Assembly (NCBI GenBank): GCA_973895155.1
Contig: OZ316892.1
Span: forward strand, 29,270,932-29,334,931
DNA: 64,000 nucleotides
Reading direction: 5' to 3'
From: Marsupella aquatica
Lineage: Eukaryota > Plantae > Marchantiophyta
In this document: piece after piece, positions 50,871 to 62,744 of the stretch
How the letters are laid out: each line of letters starts with the position of its first letter
Position numbering within the stretch: position 1 is the stretch's first letter
Notes under the pieces: model-generated
The model's input: the letters and a program-made list of their open reading frames with translations, nothing else
Database searches by the model: none
Told to the model about the DNA's origin: nothing
Position numbers and translations under genes: made by a program

Positions 50871-51579
50871 GTAACACTAATTCATGGGTAGAGCCCAAAA
50901 ATGTGTGCTCTCCAATTAGTGTTAGTAACACTAATTGCGGTGGACAGTGTAATTTCACTATAATTTTCAATTGTCCAAGCCAAAAGAATTGAAGCCCTCA
51001 TGGACCTCCATGTATGCCTACATACTTGGAGAGATATTGCAATCTGCATGGACTGCAGCAAGACCCCTCTTTGTGGCTCATATAGTAAAAGGTGGTGAGA
51101 TTGGTGAGAGATGTGACAAGAAATGAAATTCATCTTTGGAAATCCTCTTTTATGCTCACGTAGTACATTTTAGACTGGTGAGAGAAATGCGACAATTAAA
51201 TGAAACTATCATCTTTGAAAATTTGTATGTTTCTCTATTCTGAATGAAATTTGATAATATTAGTCTCATTGGAAAGATATTTCAAAAAGTTTCTGATTAA
51301 CTGTACAATTAGATTCCATTGGATATCAAGTGAGATGCTTAAAGTTAGATCCTCAAAAACCTTCAGAATCACACTGTGTGGGCAGTTAGTAAAAATCCAT
51401 AAGTCAATTCTTCATGAAAACTAGATATATTAGACTGATTAGAAAGTTCTTTCCAAACGGCTTCTAACCAATCCAACTCGAGTGGGTTCAGTCGGATTTC
51501 AAGTGAGATCGTGAAGTTCAAACTTTGTGGTTGGATACATTTTGGAAATAAGAAGATGACCATGAGTGAAAGAAAGATA

Positions 51580-51766
51580 TCAGTCCAAGGGGGTGCATGG
51601 TTCACTGGCTTGGTCCATGCTAGCATCACTTTCTTCCTAAAATGAAAAACTAAACAATGAAGATGTTTTGCGGAGTGTCTGAGTGAATAGGTGTCTCAGT
51701 CCATGGGGGTGCATGGTTCACTGGCTTGGTCCATGGTAGCATCACTTTCTTCCTAAAATGAAAAAA
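51580..51766. repeat. Direct duplication, 2 x ~70 bp
   Basis: TCAGTCCA.GGGGGTGCATGGTTCACTGGCTTGGTCCATG.TAGCATCACTTTCTTCCTAAAATGAAAAA at 51580 and 51696. Confidence 0.9.
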
Positions 51767-52232
51767 AACAGCTCTTAAGTACTTTACCACTAAACTTGTT
51801 ACAATTTACAATTCTATCAGTGTTTTTATTGTATTTTACAAATATGCCATGACTTTCATATATGGTTCCCTTGATTAAGTTGGTGAACTTTATATCCACA
51901 TACAAGACCATGACATTATTATAAATCAGTTTTTAAGTACATTGTCACTAAAGATGTTTGAATTTACAATAGTGCTACTATTGTATTTGTATTTACAAAA
52001 ATGCCACTGTTTTTGTAGTTAGTTCCTGTGGTTACCCTGGTAAACTTGTCATCTGTATATGAAACCCGTGACATTTTTATAAATACAGAAAAAATAGTGG
52101 CAGTATTGTGAAGTACAACATCCTTAGTGGCAAAGTAATTAAAAGCTGAAATTATAAAAAAAAGGTGATAACATTTCATGTAAATTCGAACCTAAAGTAC
52201 TTAAAATTTTAATAAAATAATTAATTTTTTGC

Positions 52233-52627
52233 AGAGTGCCTGGCTGAGTGAACTGGGATGGCACTAAGGTCCATCTAGTCTATAGGGATGACTCCTCTAA
52301 CCAAGAGCTAGATGAGCCCACATAGGATGACTCCTTTAACCAAGAGCTAGATGAGCCCACATTCCTCTCCTCTAACCAAGGGCTAGATGAGCCCACCTAG
52401 GATGACTCCTCTAACCAAGGGCAACATGAGCCCACAAACAGACAAAGAGTGCCTGCCTGAGTGAACTGGGATGGCACTAAGGTCCATCTCTTCCATAGGG
52501 ATGACTCCTCTAACCAAGAGCTAGATGAGCCCACAGAGGATGACTCCTCTAACCAAGAGCTAGATGAGCCCACATAGGATGGCTCCTGTAACCAAGGGCT
52601 AGTTGAGCCCACAAAGAGACAAAGAGT
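52233..52627. repeat. Higher-order tandem repeat (~39-bp units within two ~200-bp blocks)
   Basis: GGATGACTCCTCTAACCAAGAGCTAGATGAGCCCACA repeated; block head GAGTGAACTGGGATGGCACTAAGGTCCATCT occurs twice. Confidence 0.9.
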
Positions 52628-53616
52628 AAACCGTAATAACTAATAACATACTTGTCGTCCACACTGAGCCCCTCAGCAAATCCACCCTGGCCAACGTACT
52701 ACTGGTCCACCTCCTCTTCAATTTCGAGATGCAATTGTTTGAACTACCTCTTCAATTCGAAAGCTCCAGTACCTTCCTGAATTCGAGACAGCAAACGAAG
52801 ACTGAGACCAAGTGTTGGAGCATTGGCGAGTTGCACTGAACTCGATCGCCATCTGGAGAGGAGAGGAGACGAGAGGAGAGGAGGAAAAGGAGCAGCAGTT
52901 CGCTTTAGATGACATGACCCCACTGAGTTGGGTGTGATTGAGCATCAGGCTGAAGAGCAGAGCAGATGAGAGAAGGAAAATGAGAGCCACTTTGCTTTGG
53001 ATGACGTGACCCCACAGAGTTGGATGTGATTCAGCTCAGAAGTTGCAGAACTGTTAGTACGAATAAGAAGAGGACAGCAGAGAGAAAGTTCATGACGGAA
53101 ATGAGTTGGATCATCATTTAATCGCTGGACCAGTGGACCTAACTGAATTGGGTGTGATTGTGTACCAACCCAACGAGTGTTGGGAAGCTACTGACTGCAC
53201 TCCAGTACGGGGCAGAAGGGAGCATTGTGAAGAATGTACTGTAGTTCGGGTGGACAGCGTGCGTGATGGACTTCCATGGCGTCCTGATTCTTAGGAGATC
53301 ATCTCGAGCCCGTTACGCAAGGTACTGAGAGCTTGCTTCTGCCAAGCTTGGCAGAAGCTTGAAGGCACGGTTTGGAAGCAGAGAGGGACGGGAGTGAGAA
53401 ACAGGCTTGACTGCTGGTTTGGAAGGCTGTTGAGACGAAGAAAGCAGAGCAATTCGCCTCTTTCTGTAAAGAGACGAGCAGGGGGAGAGTGAGTGAGCCA
53501 GGCCCAATCGAGTGATCTCCTCACTTTTGGGGGTCCTGGAGCCAATTGATCGAGGAAGGTAGTCATTCGGGGAGCCAGCAGTGAAGAAAAGAGGAGGGGA
53601 GGGACAGGGAAGAGTC

Positions 53617-56600
53617 ATGACAACTCCTAGTACGTCAACGAATGGTGAAAGGCTTCTACAGAAGGAGGCCCAGGGGGTCAAATTTCGCAATGTGGTGGCG
53701 CTGTTCGTCTGGTTGGGTGGGATCCATGTGAACGCCGTCTTTTGCCTCGTCTGCTTCTTCTTCCTTCCCAATCCGTGGGCAATCACGTCAGTCCCCTCTC
53801 CTCTCCTGCTCATTCAATTCTCCTTCTCTGCTCCACGTCCTCATTTTGAATTTGCTGCCTCGTCCTGAGCGATGGAGTCACGAACAAATTTTAACAGTTT
53901 CTCGAGTGGGGAATCGAATCCAGGTACCTAGTTTAATTAGTTAGAGAGCCAGTAAAATTGTCAAGTAGCGATTCATCTGATAAATTCCAATCAATTTTCA
54001 CGAGAATAAGCGATAACCCCCCCGCCACCCGGTGATGAAACGCTTCTTGCTTTTGAAAACATTGCTTCGGGAATTCCTGAAGTATCTGAGGTTTTCGTAG
54101 TTCAAGAAATAAGAACAATTTTCAGTCTAAGTCTCAGAGAATTCTTGCATTTCACAATGGTGCTTCTTTTCCTTCTGGAACTTTTAGATTTTTCTCCTTT
54201 CTTCTCTATAGGTTTTCCACGTGCTTGTATTTTTTCAGGTAGTGTGTAAATGTAGACATGATGAACAATGAATCCCTTCTGACATTTTATACCTCGGAAG
54301 CTTCTGGCGCGCCGTGTCAGGGTTGGGGATATGTGGACACAATCAAAATTAGCATACAAGAAACCTAAGATTATCCAGAAAGACTCCAAATAAAAATAGC
54401 GGGATGGTAAACGTGGATCAAATTCAATTATGTCTGTGACCCAGAGAGGCACTGCGTATAAATGTGTACTGAAGCCAATCCATCCAGTGACAGTTAGTAA
54501 GAGCTGCTCGCCTGTCCTTGCCTGCGTCTGTGTCGTCTTAGCATTCCATTTTCCTGGTTCGAAGAATTTCGTTGGCCCACAAACAAACAAAACGTCTCGA
54601 GTCTGATGAAAGCAAGGCGGAATGGTTATGCATGCAGAGCACTTGGCTTGTGGGCGGCCACCATATTCATTCCAACATTCATCGACAGTAAAGTTGCTCA
54701 CAATTTGTCGACGTGGGTGGATGTCTTTTCCTCTGACTCATTGCATTCTGCGTTGACGCAAACATTGCTGGAATTGAAGTCATTCATTTGGTCAAAATGG
54801 AGTTCCTATAGTTTCAATTCGTCTGCACATCCCTCCATCTGTATGAATGTGCACATATTTGAACCAGCCTCTTAACTAATTGATGGAATATATGTGACCC
54901 ACATGATCCATATGGTGTAAATGTTGGTACAGATGGAAATGGTTATTCATATTTATTACTGAAAAGCATGTGAATGTCTGTTCTTCAAATGGGCAGATTT
55001 GTTGCAAAAAATGCTCCTTCTCACTTTCCGACGCAACTGCATGTAGAGGATATGGCTGCATTTGATCCAAACCGGTCCTATGGTATGTTCCTATGTGCAT
55101 GGGTTCTAACATGGAACAACATGAGAACAGACCTGATATGTATTCGTTAAGTGCTATCTGCTTTGATGAATTAGTTTCTCTATGCCGTGTATGAGCTTGT
55201 CAAAAGATTGTTTGTATTCATTTATTTATTGCTTGGATATGGTTTTCTTAATCGTAAATGGAGTCGTTTTTGTCAATCTTGAAGATCTGTTTCTTGTGAA
55301 GTGTTTTCCTCTTTTGATATTTTGTACTGGGCTGCTTTTGTATGGCAGTTTTTGCTGTAGAACCCCATTCCGTGTTGCCTATCGGGATTGTAGTGCTTAC
55401 ACCTCAATACGGATTGATGCCATTAATAAAAATCAAGGCCTGTGCTACTACTGTCGTAAGTTTCTACGATCAACCACTTGAGTCAATCAGCCAAACACGT
55501 CAGGGTCCTTTTCTCAGAAGTCCGATAGAGGGACGGCATATCTACGTGATATTCTGTTCCACCTACTTTTTCGTTCACGACGGTTTTTACTGCCAACCCG
55601 ATAATGGTTTTTGTTACCATGTGCCAACATTTTGAGCATTTCGCAACTTTCGAAATCGAGACTTGTTTATGACATGCATTAATTTTTTTACATTTTGAAG
55701 AGACGATGGCCTTGCCACTTTTTAATAAATCCAGTGTTTGTTCTTTTTACTGATTGAATCAGATCTTTTGGACTCCAATACTGCGGCACATATGGACATG
55801 GATGGGCCTAATACCTGCCAGTAAATCATCCATCAGAACACACCTTAAGAATGGGTACTCGACCATTCTTATACCAGGTGGTGTGCAGGAGTGTCTCTAC
55901 TTGAAGCATGGACAAGAGGTTTGCTCCCATTGCCTATTACGATTATAACTAAAGTATCTGAAGATGCTTTTAGTTTAGTTTTGTTTTGTCTATTCGTTCG
56001 AATTTGTTTTTGAGAATCCTGATTGCAGAAGCTCTGTGATGGTATGTCACAGACGATATTTTTGAAAAGAAGACTTGGATTTTTACGCCTTGCCATGGAA
56101 GGAGGAACTCCATTGGTACCCTGTTTTTTCTTTGGTCAAGTATGTTTCCCCTGAACTACATCACCCAGTCAGATTTCCACCCAATATTTATTGACTTATC
56201 GTGAGGCTAGGTTAACTAAGATACTTTGAACAAGCACGGACCATTCTCCTTAGTTTTAATGTATCTCCTAGTGGATCGTTACTTCAGGGGAGCAATTCTA
56301 ACTTGAGTGAGATCTATCGCGACTCAGAGTGAGATCTACCGCTACTGGAGACCAAGTGGGGAGTGGTTTTCTGCACTTTCTCGAGCAATTGGCTTCACTC
56401 CTATGCTCTTCTGGGGAATGTATGGGTATGTACCAATGTCAAATTGCAAAGTTTCATCTCTTCTATGATTTTATGGCTATCCTGGAGCTCAGAAGAGATT
56501 CCTGGTTACTTTTCGTTTTGTGTTGGCCCATAAGTGTATGCTGCAGTTTTTTGAGTTGGACGGAATCTAGAATATATGAATGATGGAAGAAATATTTTAA

Positions 56601-57311
56601 GTCTAGGAGCCCATAAGTCTCAAATGCTGATTCGTGCGAAACATTCTGAATGAGAATCGTGCTCAGTTTTTCTCCATAGCAAGCGGGATAGCTGATATGA
56701 CTCTATTCTATTCTAGTATAAGATGTACGTGTCATGTAATCGACTAAAAGTAACATTTAAATAGAATCTGAGTTGTGGACAATCTGTGCAACACGCTGTG
56801 ATACCTGAGGATTTTCCGTGTTGGGTAGTCATGCATCCTATAGTATGGATGGTTGACATTTGTATGGTCATGTGACGTGCAGGAGTCCTGTTCCATTCCC
56901 CAATCCAATGTACTGTGTAGTGGGGAAACCGATTGAAGTTGAAATGATTTCCGATCCTTCCAAAGAACAGGTATCGACCGCACCAAAGTTCAGTATCTTT
57001 TCTCCAGTAATGATAGCCCTGGATAATGGGAGTGACACTTATGTCCACGCACCTGTCGTGCTAAATAGATAATGTATTTGGAGGTGGTCGTTATTTTATT
57101 CTCCAAGCTGTTATTCATGTTTCGCAGTGAATGTTATGGACGACTTACAAATTTTGAGGTTTATTAGACATTATTTCAGTTCTCAAGGTTAGTGGCAATG
57201 TTTTACCAGGTCATCGCTCTTCAAGAAAAATTCATTAAAGCAATGGAGGAATTATTTGAGAGACACAAATCTAGTGCGGGATATGGCCACTATGCTCTAA
57301 CTATCAAGTAA
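53617..57311 (+). CDS. DGAT2: Diacylglycerol O-acyltransferase 2 (9 exons)
   Basis: Exons encode WLGGIH, HFP..LHVED..AFDPNRSY, EPHSVLPIG (plant DGAT2 motif), LRHIWTW, PGGVQE, R.GF.RLA..G.PLVPCF.FGQ, VVGKPI and LFERHK...GY; GT-AG introns. Confidence 0.93.
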
Positions 57312-59507
57312 TGGTACCCGCGATAGCTCTCCTTCCTATTATCTTGGCATTGGCCTGCATATTCTCTCAGGATGAAAAAGAATGCACCACCCTTGAGAGT
57401 GCTTTTCATTCACCTATTGGCTTCCATCTGAGGATGACCTGGATTATAAACGGGTCTCAACCTGTGAGAAGTCCTACTTCGATGAAACGACTGAAGGCCA
57501 TGAAGACATGTGGAACCGGATGTGTTCGGCATCGTATTTCTACCATATTGTCAGGAGAGCAGAGTAGTCTTCTGATCTTTTCCGGCCTTTTTTGTAATGA
57601 GGGTGTCCCATAGCTAGTTCGATTATTGGAGTAAAACAGGCATTCTGTAAAATATCCCAGACTAGGATGGGCATTGGCTATTCTATTCAAGTACGTAATG
57701 TGGTAGGAATCTTCCCAATGAGGAACCAGGAAGTGAGCCGTGGGAGCCGGTAGTCCCTACTGAGCCCTTTGAACCAATACTTCGAAGGATGTAACATGAT
57801 ATCACGTATTGTCTAATATTGTTATTTTCGAGACAGCTGGGTAACCTTTGGGATGCATGTTTACTGATCCACAATGTTTTCAATCGTCAAAGTCAGCTGT
57901 CAAAGGGCATGAATGCAGCTGGCAACTACTCATTCGTAGGCACCAGGAAATAAAGAAAACCAAAACTGAAGGATGACAAAAACCATGAATAGACTCGCTG
58001 GGTAGAGACATTTGTTATTCTCGTACAACGGTACTCAATGTGTCATTGCCATGTCTAGGAGATGTCATTGGCATCAAGTCTGTCTTCGATGTTGCCTTCT
58101 CAGAGAGAATGATACAAGTTGCTGCCAGCTGGCGGAGAGGAGTTATCAGTATGGAAGGGCCTAAGCGGAGCTTCTAGAGATGAAGGGCAGAGCTCTCTTA
58201 TTGAGCTCTCTCTCAGTAGCTACATTTGCACGATGAGATGTCATTCCCGACGAAAAAGCTGCTGAAGCTGGGTTGAAAGGATTGAATTCTACACAGTTTT
58301 ACTTATAGGCATGGCTAAGAGAGAATAGATGGAAGTTTCTCTATTGATTGAACACAAAATGGATACATTCACTCTAGGCGATAGGAGCAGAATTGAGCAC
58401 TGAGCCAAAACATGTATAAATCATTGCTAGTTCAGAGTCTAACTTTGGGATTGTCGGCCAACCTTCCAGTTGAGTGATAAGACTAACAGCGTCCTGGTTT
58501 AAGTGGACTTCGGTCATATGGATTATCATTAACTCAGGATGCAATCTTTGACAAGTCGTCATCCCACAGAAAGCAAGTAATTAATTCTCGGACAATTTGT
58601 TGTGGTTTGTATCACAAGCGATGCTCGAGGACACCGATTAGGAGATCCGATTGAACAACTTAGAATATAACCCAAGGAAGTTTTCCTCAATGGATACGTT
58701 ATCAACCAGTCGAAAACAAGTGAGAACCCGATGGGTCAAAGTAGAAGTGATCCCTTGATTCAATGACGCCCAACACATTTCCCTGAGTGAGCTCAAGAGG
58801 TTAAGTAACTTGAATATACCTTTCGCAACTATGGAGTGGCAATGTCATGAATGAATGAATGTATGAATGATTTAAAGTACATGGGGACCCAACCTGGGAC
58901 CATATATCTACAAAGGACTTCCAAAGTCAACCAAAGAAAATAATTGCGGTGGCCAGTACACTAGACCTAGCAATGTGGTCGAACTCTACATCTCGGCGAG
59001 GTGCTTCATTTCCTCCTCACCTACACAATTTTGATTGCCGCTCTAAATGTGACTGAATGCAGTACTAACCCTAGCCTCAGGGAAACTACGACAAAACATG
59101 ATGGACGCCTCATCACATGCTAGCATCAGCACAATGTGAACACAATCTCTCTAATCTAGGAACATTGACACAATATACCCGTTTCAATGGCACGTCCGTG
59201 AGCTCCACATCTGAATCTCACGATAGCTTGGCGTGCTGCTGAAGACATGTGGGGGGACAGATAAGGATTAGCAACATAGAAACCGGTGCTTTTGATTGGT
59301 GGGAGCATGAGGATAGTCATGTGTCGTCTTCGTGTCAGAAGCCTTGCTCCCAGCCAGCGACTGTGTCCAAAACGCTGGTCCTGAGTATATGACCCTGGAG
59401 GCCTTTTCTATCCATGTGAAGTAGACATCTTTTGTTGCTTCGAACAGAATGAATGCCCTTCGTTTCGACAGAGTATAGTCTCCGCTGCTTCACTCCATTT
59501 TGTTCTC

Positions 59508-61436
59508 CTACTCGGAAACTCTATCCACCGCAGTGTTTTTGTCCCGGCCAAAATGTGGTTCTGCTATTAAGACCTTTTCCTCAAGGTCTTTGGGAGTAAT
59601 GGTGATCTGAAGGTGGCGCATTTTCTGTGCATCAGGCGGAGACTTGGCAATGTCAGGAGTTCTTGGTCCAGAAGCCTTACTCTCCTGGTCCTCGTCCATC
59701 ATGCTGGCCAGATGGTCCGCAGGTGAGTGAATTCCCAGCTGTCGCCAAAGGCTTAGTTTCTGACAAACTCCCTTGATTGGTCTATAATTTGGATCAGACT
59801 CGGAAAAGGACTGTGTTTCTCCAACAGAACAAGTTCCACCGCTGCAATTCGATGGACTAATGAACCAATTGTCTGTCACCTTCTCCGCATCCTGCTTATC
59901 CGTTCCTTGAGATACATGTAACACATTTCGTTGAGTACTGTTACAAAAGCTTCCCACATATGAGCAATGCTCTGCTGGCAGCGAGATTTCAGACTTCATG
60001 GGAAACAAATGCCCCTCCGTGCTAAATATATAATTATATGGGCCCTTCTCTACAATATTCTCGCCTCCTGCAGCCAAGTCAAACAATAGGTAGAGGTATT
60101 TCACCGTTTCAGCGAGAAAAAAACTCTCCATATGATCATCTTGGACGTGTGACTCGACGTCTGTTATGTGGCAATACCCACATCGGCATTTTGCTCCATA
60201 TTGGAGGCTTGCAACAATGTCACGTCCCACATCCAAATACACGGGATCTCTTGTTGCTTTGTAGAGGAAATAAGTGCTTTCAATAAGTTCAGGGCGCAAA
60301 GGGTAACTTCTTTGGCCTGGCTGGACTGACGATGTGGCCAGGTTAAAGCCCTCCGGAGTGAAGCCATATTTCTTCCAAACAGCAAAAAATGCTTTATGTG
60401 TGCGCACTGCAGGTTCCACATCTCCAGCAAGTACCTGGAGCCCAGGCCAAAATGCTTGCAAACTATTGAAAACAGGCCACACAATCACGGCAGTGTTCAT
60501 GTTCACCTCCAGGTACCAAGGGTCATTGTAAAGGTAGAGCATGACAGCTTTGTAGGCCTCCTTGAACATATACAATTCCTCTTCATCACCAAACAAAAGA
60601 TATGCCTTGAGAAGATACTCGTAGAAGGAGTCAATGCTAGTTCCAATGCCAGCATCCTTGTGAGTCCATTCACCTGAAAATACATTGATGTGTGCACCAA
60701 CCAGACCTAGTGGTGAGCGTTGTGCCCAGAGCCCCCGAACTGAAGTCCTTGCAAGAGTCCGGAACTCTGGATCACCTGTCAGTTGGCTCAAAATTCCAAA
60801 CTCCAGAGCCAGAGTACCACCTCCTGCTGTGGATGTGACTTGGCTCTCATCTTCACTGACTCCATGGAGAAGATTGACAGAACCGTATGGTATACCTGTA
60901 GGGGTCTCAAATGCAGGTAGCATTCGTCGCCCCAGATCTTCCGCAAGGGTTAGGAGCTCATTTTCATAACCATCCACCTTCATGCCCGTGGCATCATCAC
61001 TGGCGAGCAGATGAGCTGACAAAAGACCTCCAAGCACTCGAATCGTGGTCTCAAACAAGGAAACTGTCTTGTTCCTGTCAAATCGCAGATTCTTACCCAG
61101 CCAAGTGACAGACTCACTGAATTTTGCATGATCTCCAAGGATAGCAAGCATGTCGAGAGAATCCACAAGGGTGAGAGTATACTCTCCAAGAGAATTCTCC
61201 CCTGAACAGCTCAAGGGTCTCAGCTCATCCAGGGGAAACGCATGTTCCATGTAATTGTCAAATGCATGGTAGAACATCTCCCTCACCTCATCTCGCAGCT
61301 GGGCAGCTTCCAATTCTGTGACTGAGGACGCATCCCCAACTCTGGCCATCATCATCATCATTATCAGCAGCAGCAGGAGCACCGGCAGCCCGGAGACATT
61401 AATAACACTAAAACCTTGACCGAAGAATTTCTTCAT
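59508..61436 (-). CDS. MNS4: Alpha-mannosidase I, GH47, EDEM-like MNS4 type; single-exon CDS, 642 aa
   Basis: Uninterrupted ORF with N-terminal hydrophobic segment, LRDEVREMFYHAF..AFPLDELRPLSC, FETTIRVLGGLLSAH, DSFYEYLLK, YPLRPELIES, MESFFLAET.KY and FSTEGH. Confidence 0.93.
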   Translation of the reverse strand: MKKFFGQGFSVINVSGLPVLLLLLIMMMMMARVGDASSVTELEAAQLRDEVREMFYHAFDNYMEHAFPLDELRPLSCSGENSLGEYTLTLVDSLDMLAILGDHAKFSESVTWLGKNLRFDRNKTVSLFETTIRVLGGLLSAHLLASDDATGMKVDGYENELLTLAEDLGRRMLPAFETPTGIPYGSVNLLHGVSEDESQVTSTAGGGTLALEFGILSQLTGDPEFRTLARTSVRGLWAQRSPLGLVGAHINVFSGEWTHKDAGIGTSIDSFYEYLLKAYLLFGDEEELYMFKEAYKAVMLYLYNDPWYLEVNMNTAVIVWPVFNSLQAFWPGLQVLAGDVEPAVRTHKAFFAVWKKYGFTPEGFNLATSSVQPGQRSYPLRPELIESTYFLYKATRDPVYLDVGRDIVASLQYGAKCRCGYCHITDVESHVQDDHMESFFLAETVKYLYLLFDLAAGGENIVEKGPYNYIFSTEGHLFPMKSEISLPAEHCSYVGSFCNSTQRNVLHVSQGTDKQDAEKVTDNWFISPSNCSGGTCSVGETQSFSESDPNYRPIKGVCQKLSLWRQLGIHSPADHLASMMDEDQESKASGPRTPDIAKSPPDAQKMRHLQITITPKDLEEKVLIAEPHFGRDKNTAVDRVSE

Positions 61437-62114
61437 TCTTGAAGATTCTCTCGTACTGCATCCAAACCCTAAACCCTAAATCACAGAATCTGACGTACTG
61501 TTTATCTTCTCCCGTGAAGGATGACACTTCCCTCTCCTCGCGAATTTCCGGAGCAAGCAGTGAGACATTTGAGTACCAATTACTGAACTGTAAGCCCCCT
61601 CACTGTCACGTGATTTGTTCTTCTGGAGATGGTCTTGGAGAAGGATCCAAATTGAATGCCTTTTCCAATTTCCGGCCAAGCAGAGATCTCCCTCACTCCC
61701 TCAATGTCAGGTGATTTCTTCGTCGGGAGAGGGTCTTCCCTGAGGAGGACCGAAATTAAAAGCCAGCGACCTCATGAATTGCCGGAACTCGCAATGATAA
61801 ACTCCAGTGCCCAACAAGACTTCGGCCCTGTGATCAGTATACCGATCGACCTGCCACCGCCCAGCTTACATCAGCCACCCCATCCCGTACTCAGCTACCT
61901 GCAAAGCGGAAAAAAGTGCAGTAGTCGGCCGGGAATGGAGAATCAGACGACGGCAGCCAGGCCAGGAGAGAACCAGAAGCGACGATTCCTATGTCGGAAG
62001 AATGCTGATTGTTCACATGGCTCTCATCCTGCATGAAGACCTCTCAAATCTGCTCCCTCAACACATTTCTGAGTCCTTTCACTCATTAGCAGAGGCCTAC
62101 ATCATCTTCGAGAT

Positions 62115-62210
62115 GGACTGAAATCAATTGTACAGCTCTGAGGGATGCTGAGCGATCACTTTGAGATAGACTGAAATCAATTGTACAGCTCTGAGGATGC
62201 TGAGCGATCT
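62115..62210. repeat. Direct duplication, 2 x ~43 bp
   Basis: GACTGAAATCAATTGTACAGCTCTGAGG(G)ATGCTGAGCGATC twice. Confidence 0.85.
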
Positions 62211-62591
62211 GCAGTACTTGAGAGCTTTCATGGAGGGCCGCAGAGGTACAAATCATGGCCGGCCGAATGATGACGATGACAACCTTTACATTTGCTGAAT
62301 TCACGACAAGAACGGAGCTCCAATACCTTTTTTGCAGGGCTCTCCAATGCTCTTGAGTCTTGTCACGAATTTTCTAACTCCAGTCAATTGTCAAACATGC
62401 AATCGACTGGAGGTTGCTATTAACACATCACTTAGAGGCACCAATCTTATCATAAAAGCTGGAAGGAGAATTGTCCAATATTTGTCTCTTTTTCACATTT
62501 CCTCTCCTCTAGGGTGAGACTTTGCTCTGCAATAAATGGTCTAAAAAACCTGGTGGGTCCAGATTTTGCCATGGGCAGTGGCGCCTTAAAC

Positions 62592-62710
62592 CACACCTGC
62601 CCCCCTCTAAAGGGGTCGGGGTAACCTGTAGCTCTCATTGGGTAAAGAGCACAACCTGCCCCCCTCTAAAGGGCTCCGAGTAACCCTTAGCTCTCATTGG
62701 GTAAAGAACA
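62592..62710. repeat. Direct duplication, 2 x ~59 bp
   Basis: ACCTGCCCCCCTCTAAAGGG...GTAACC..TAGCTCTCATTGGGTAAAGA twice. Confidence 0.85.
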
Positions 62711-62744
62711 CAAGTTCAGAAATGGGCTTTGAGCTCCATAACAG

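Noticed and set aside
54102-54701. 199-aa antisense ORF within DGAT2
   Set aside because: Lies in intron/antisense of exon 2 with no domain features; likely chance.
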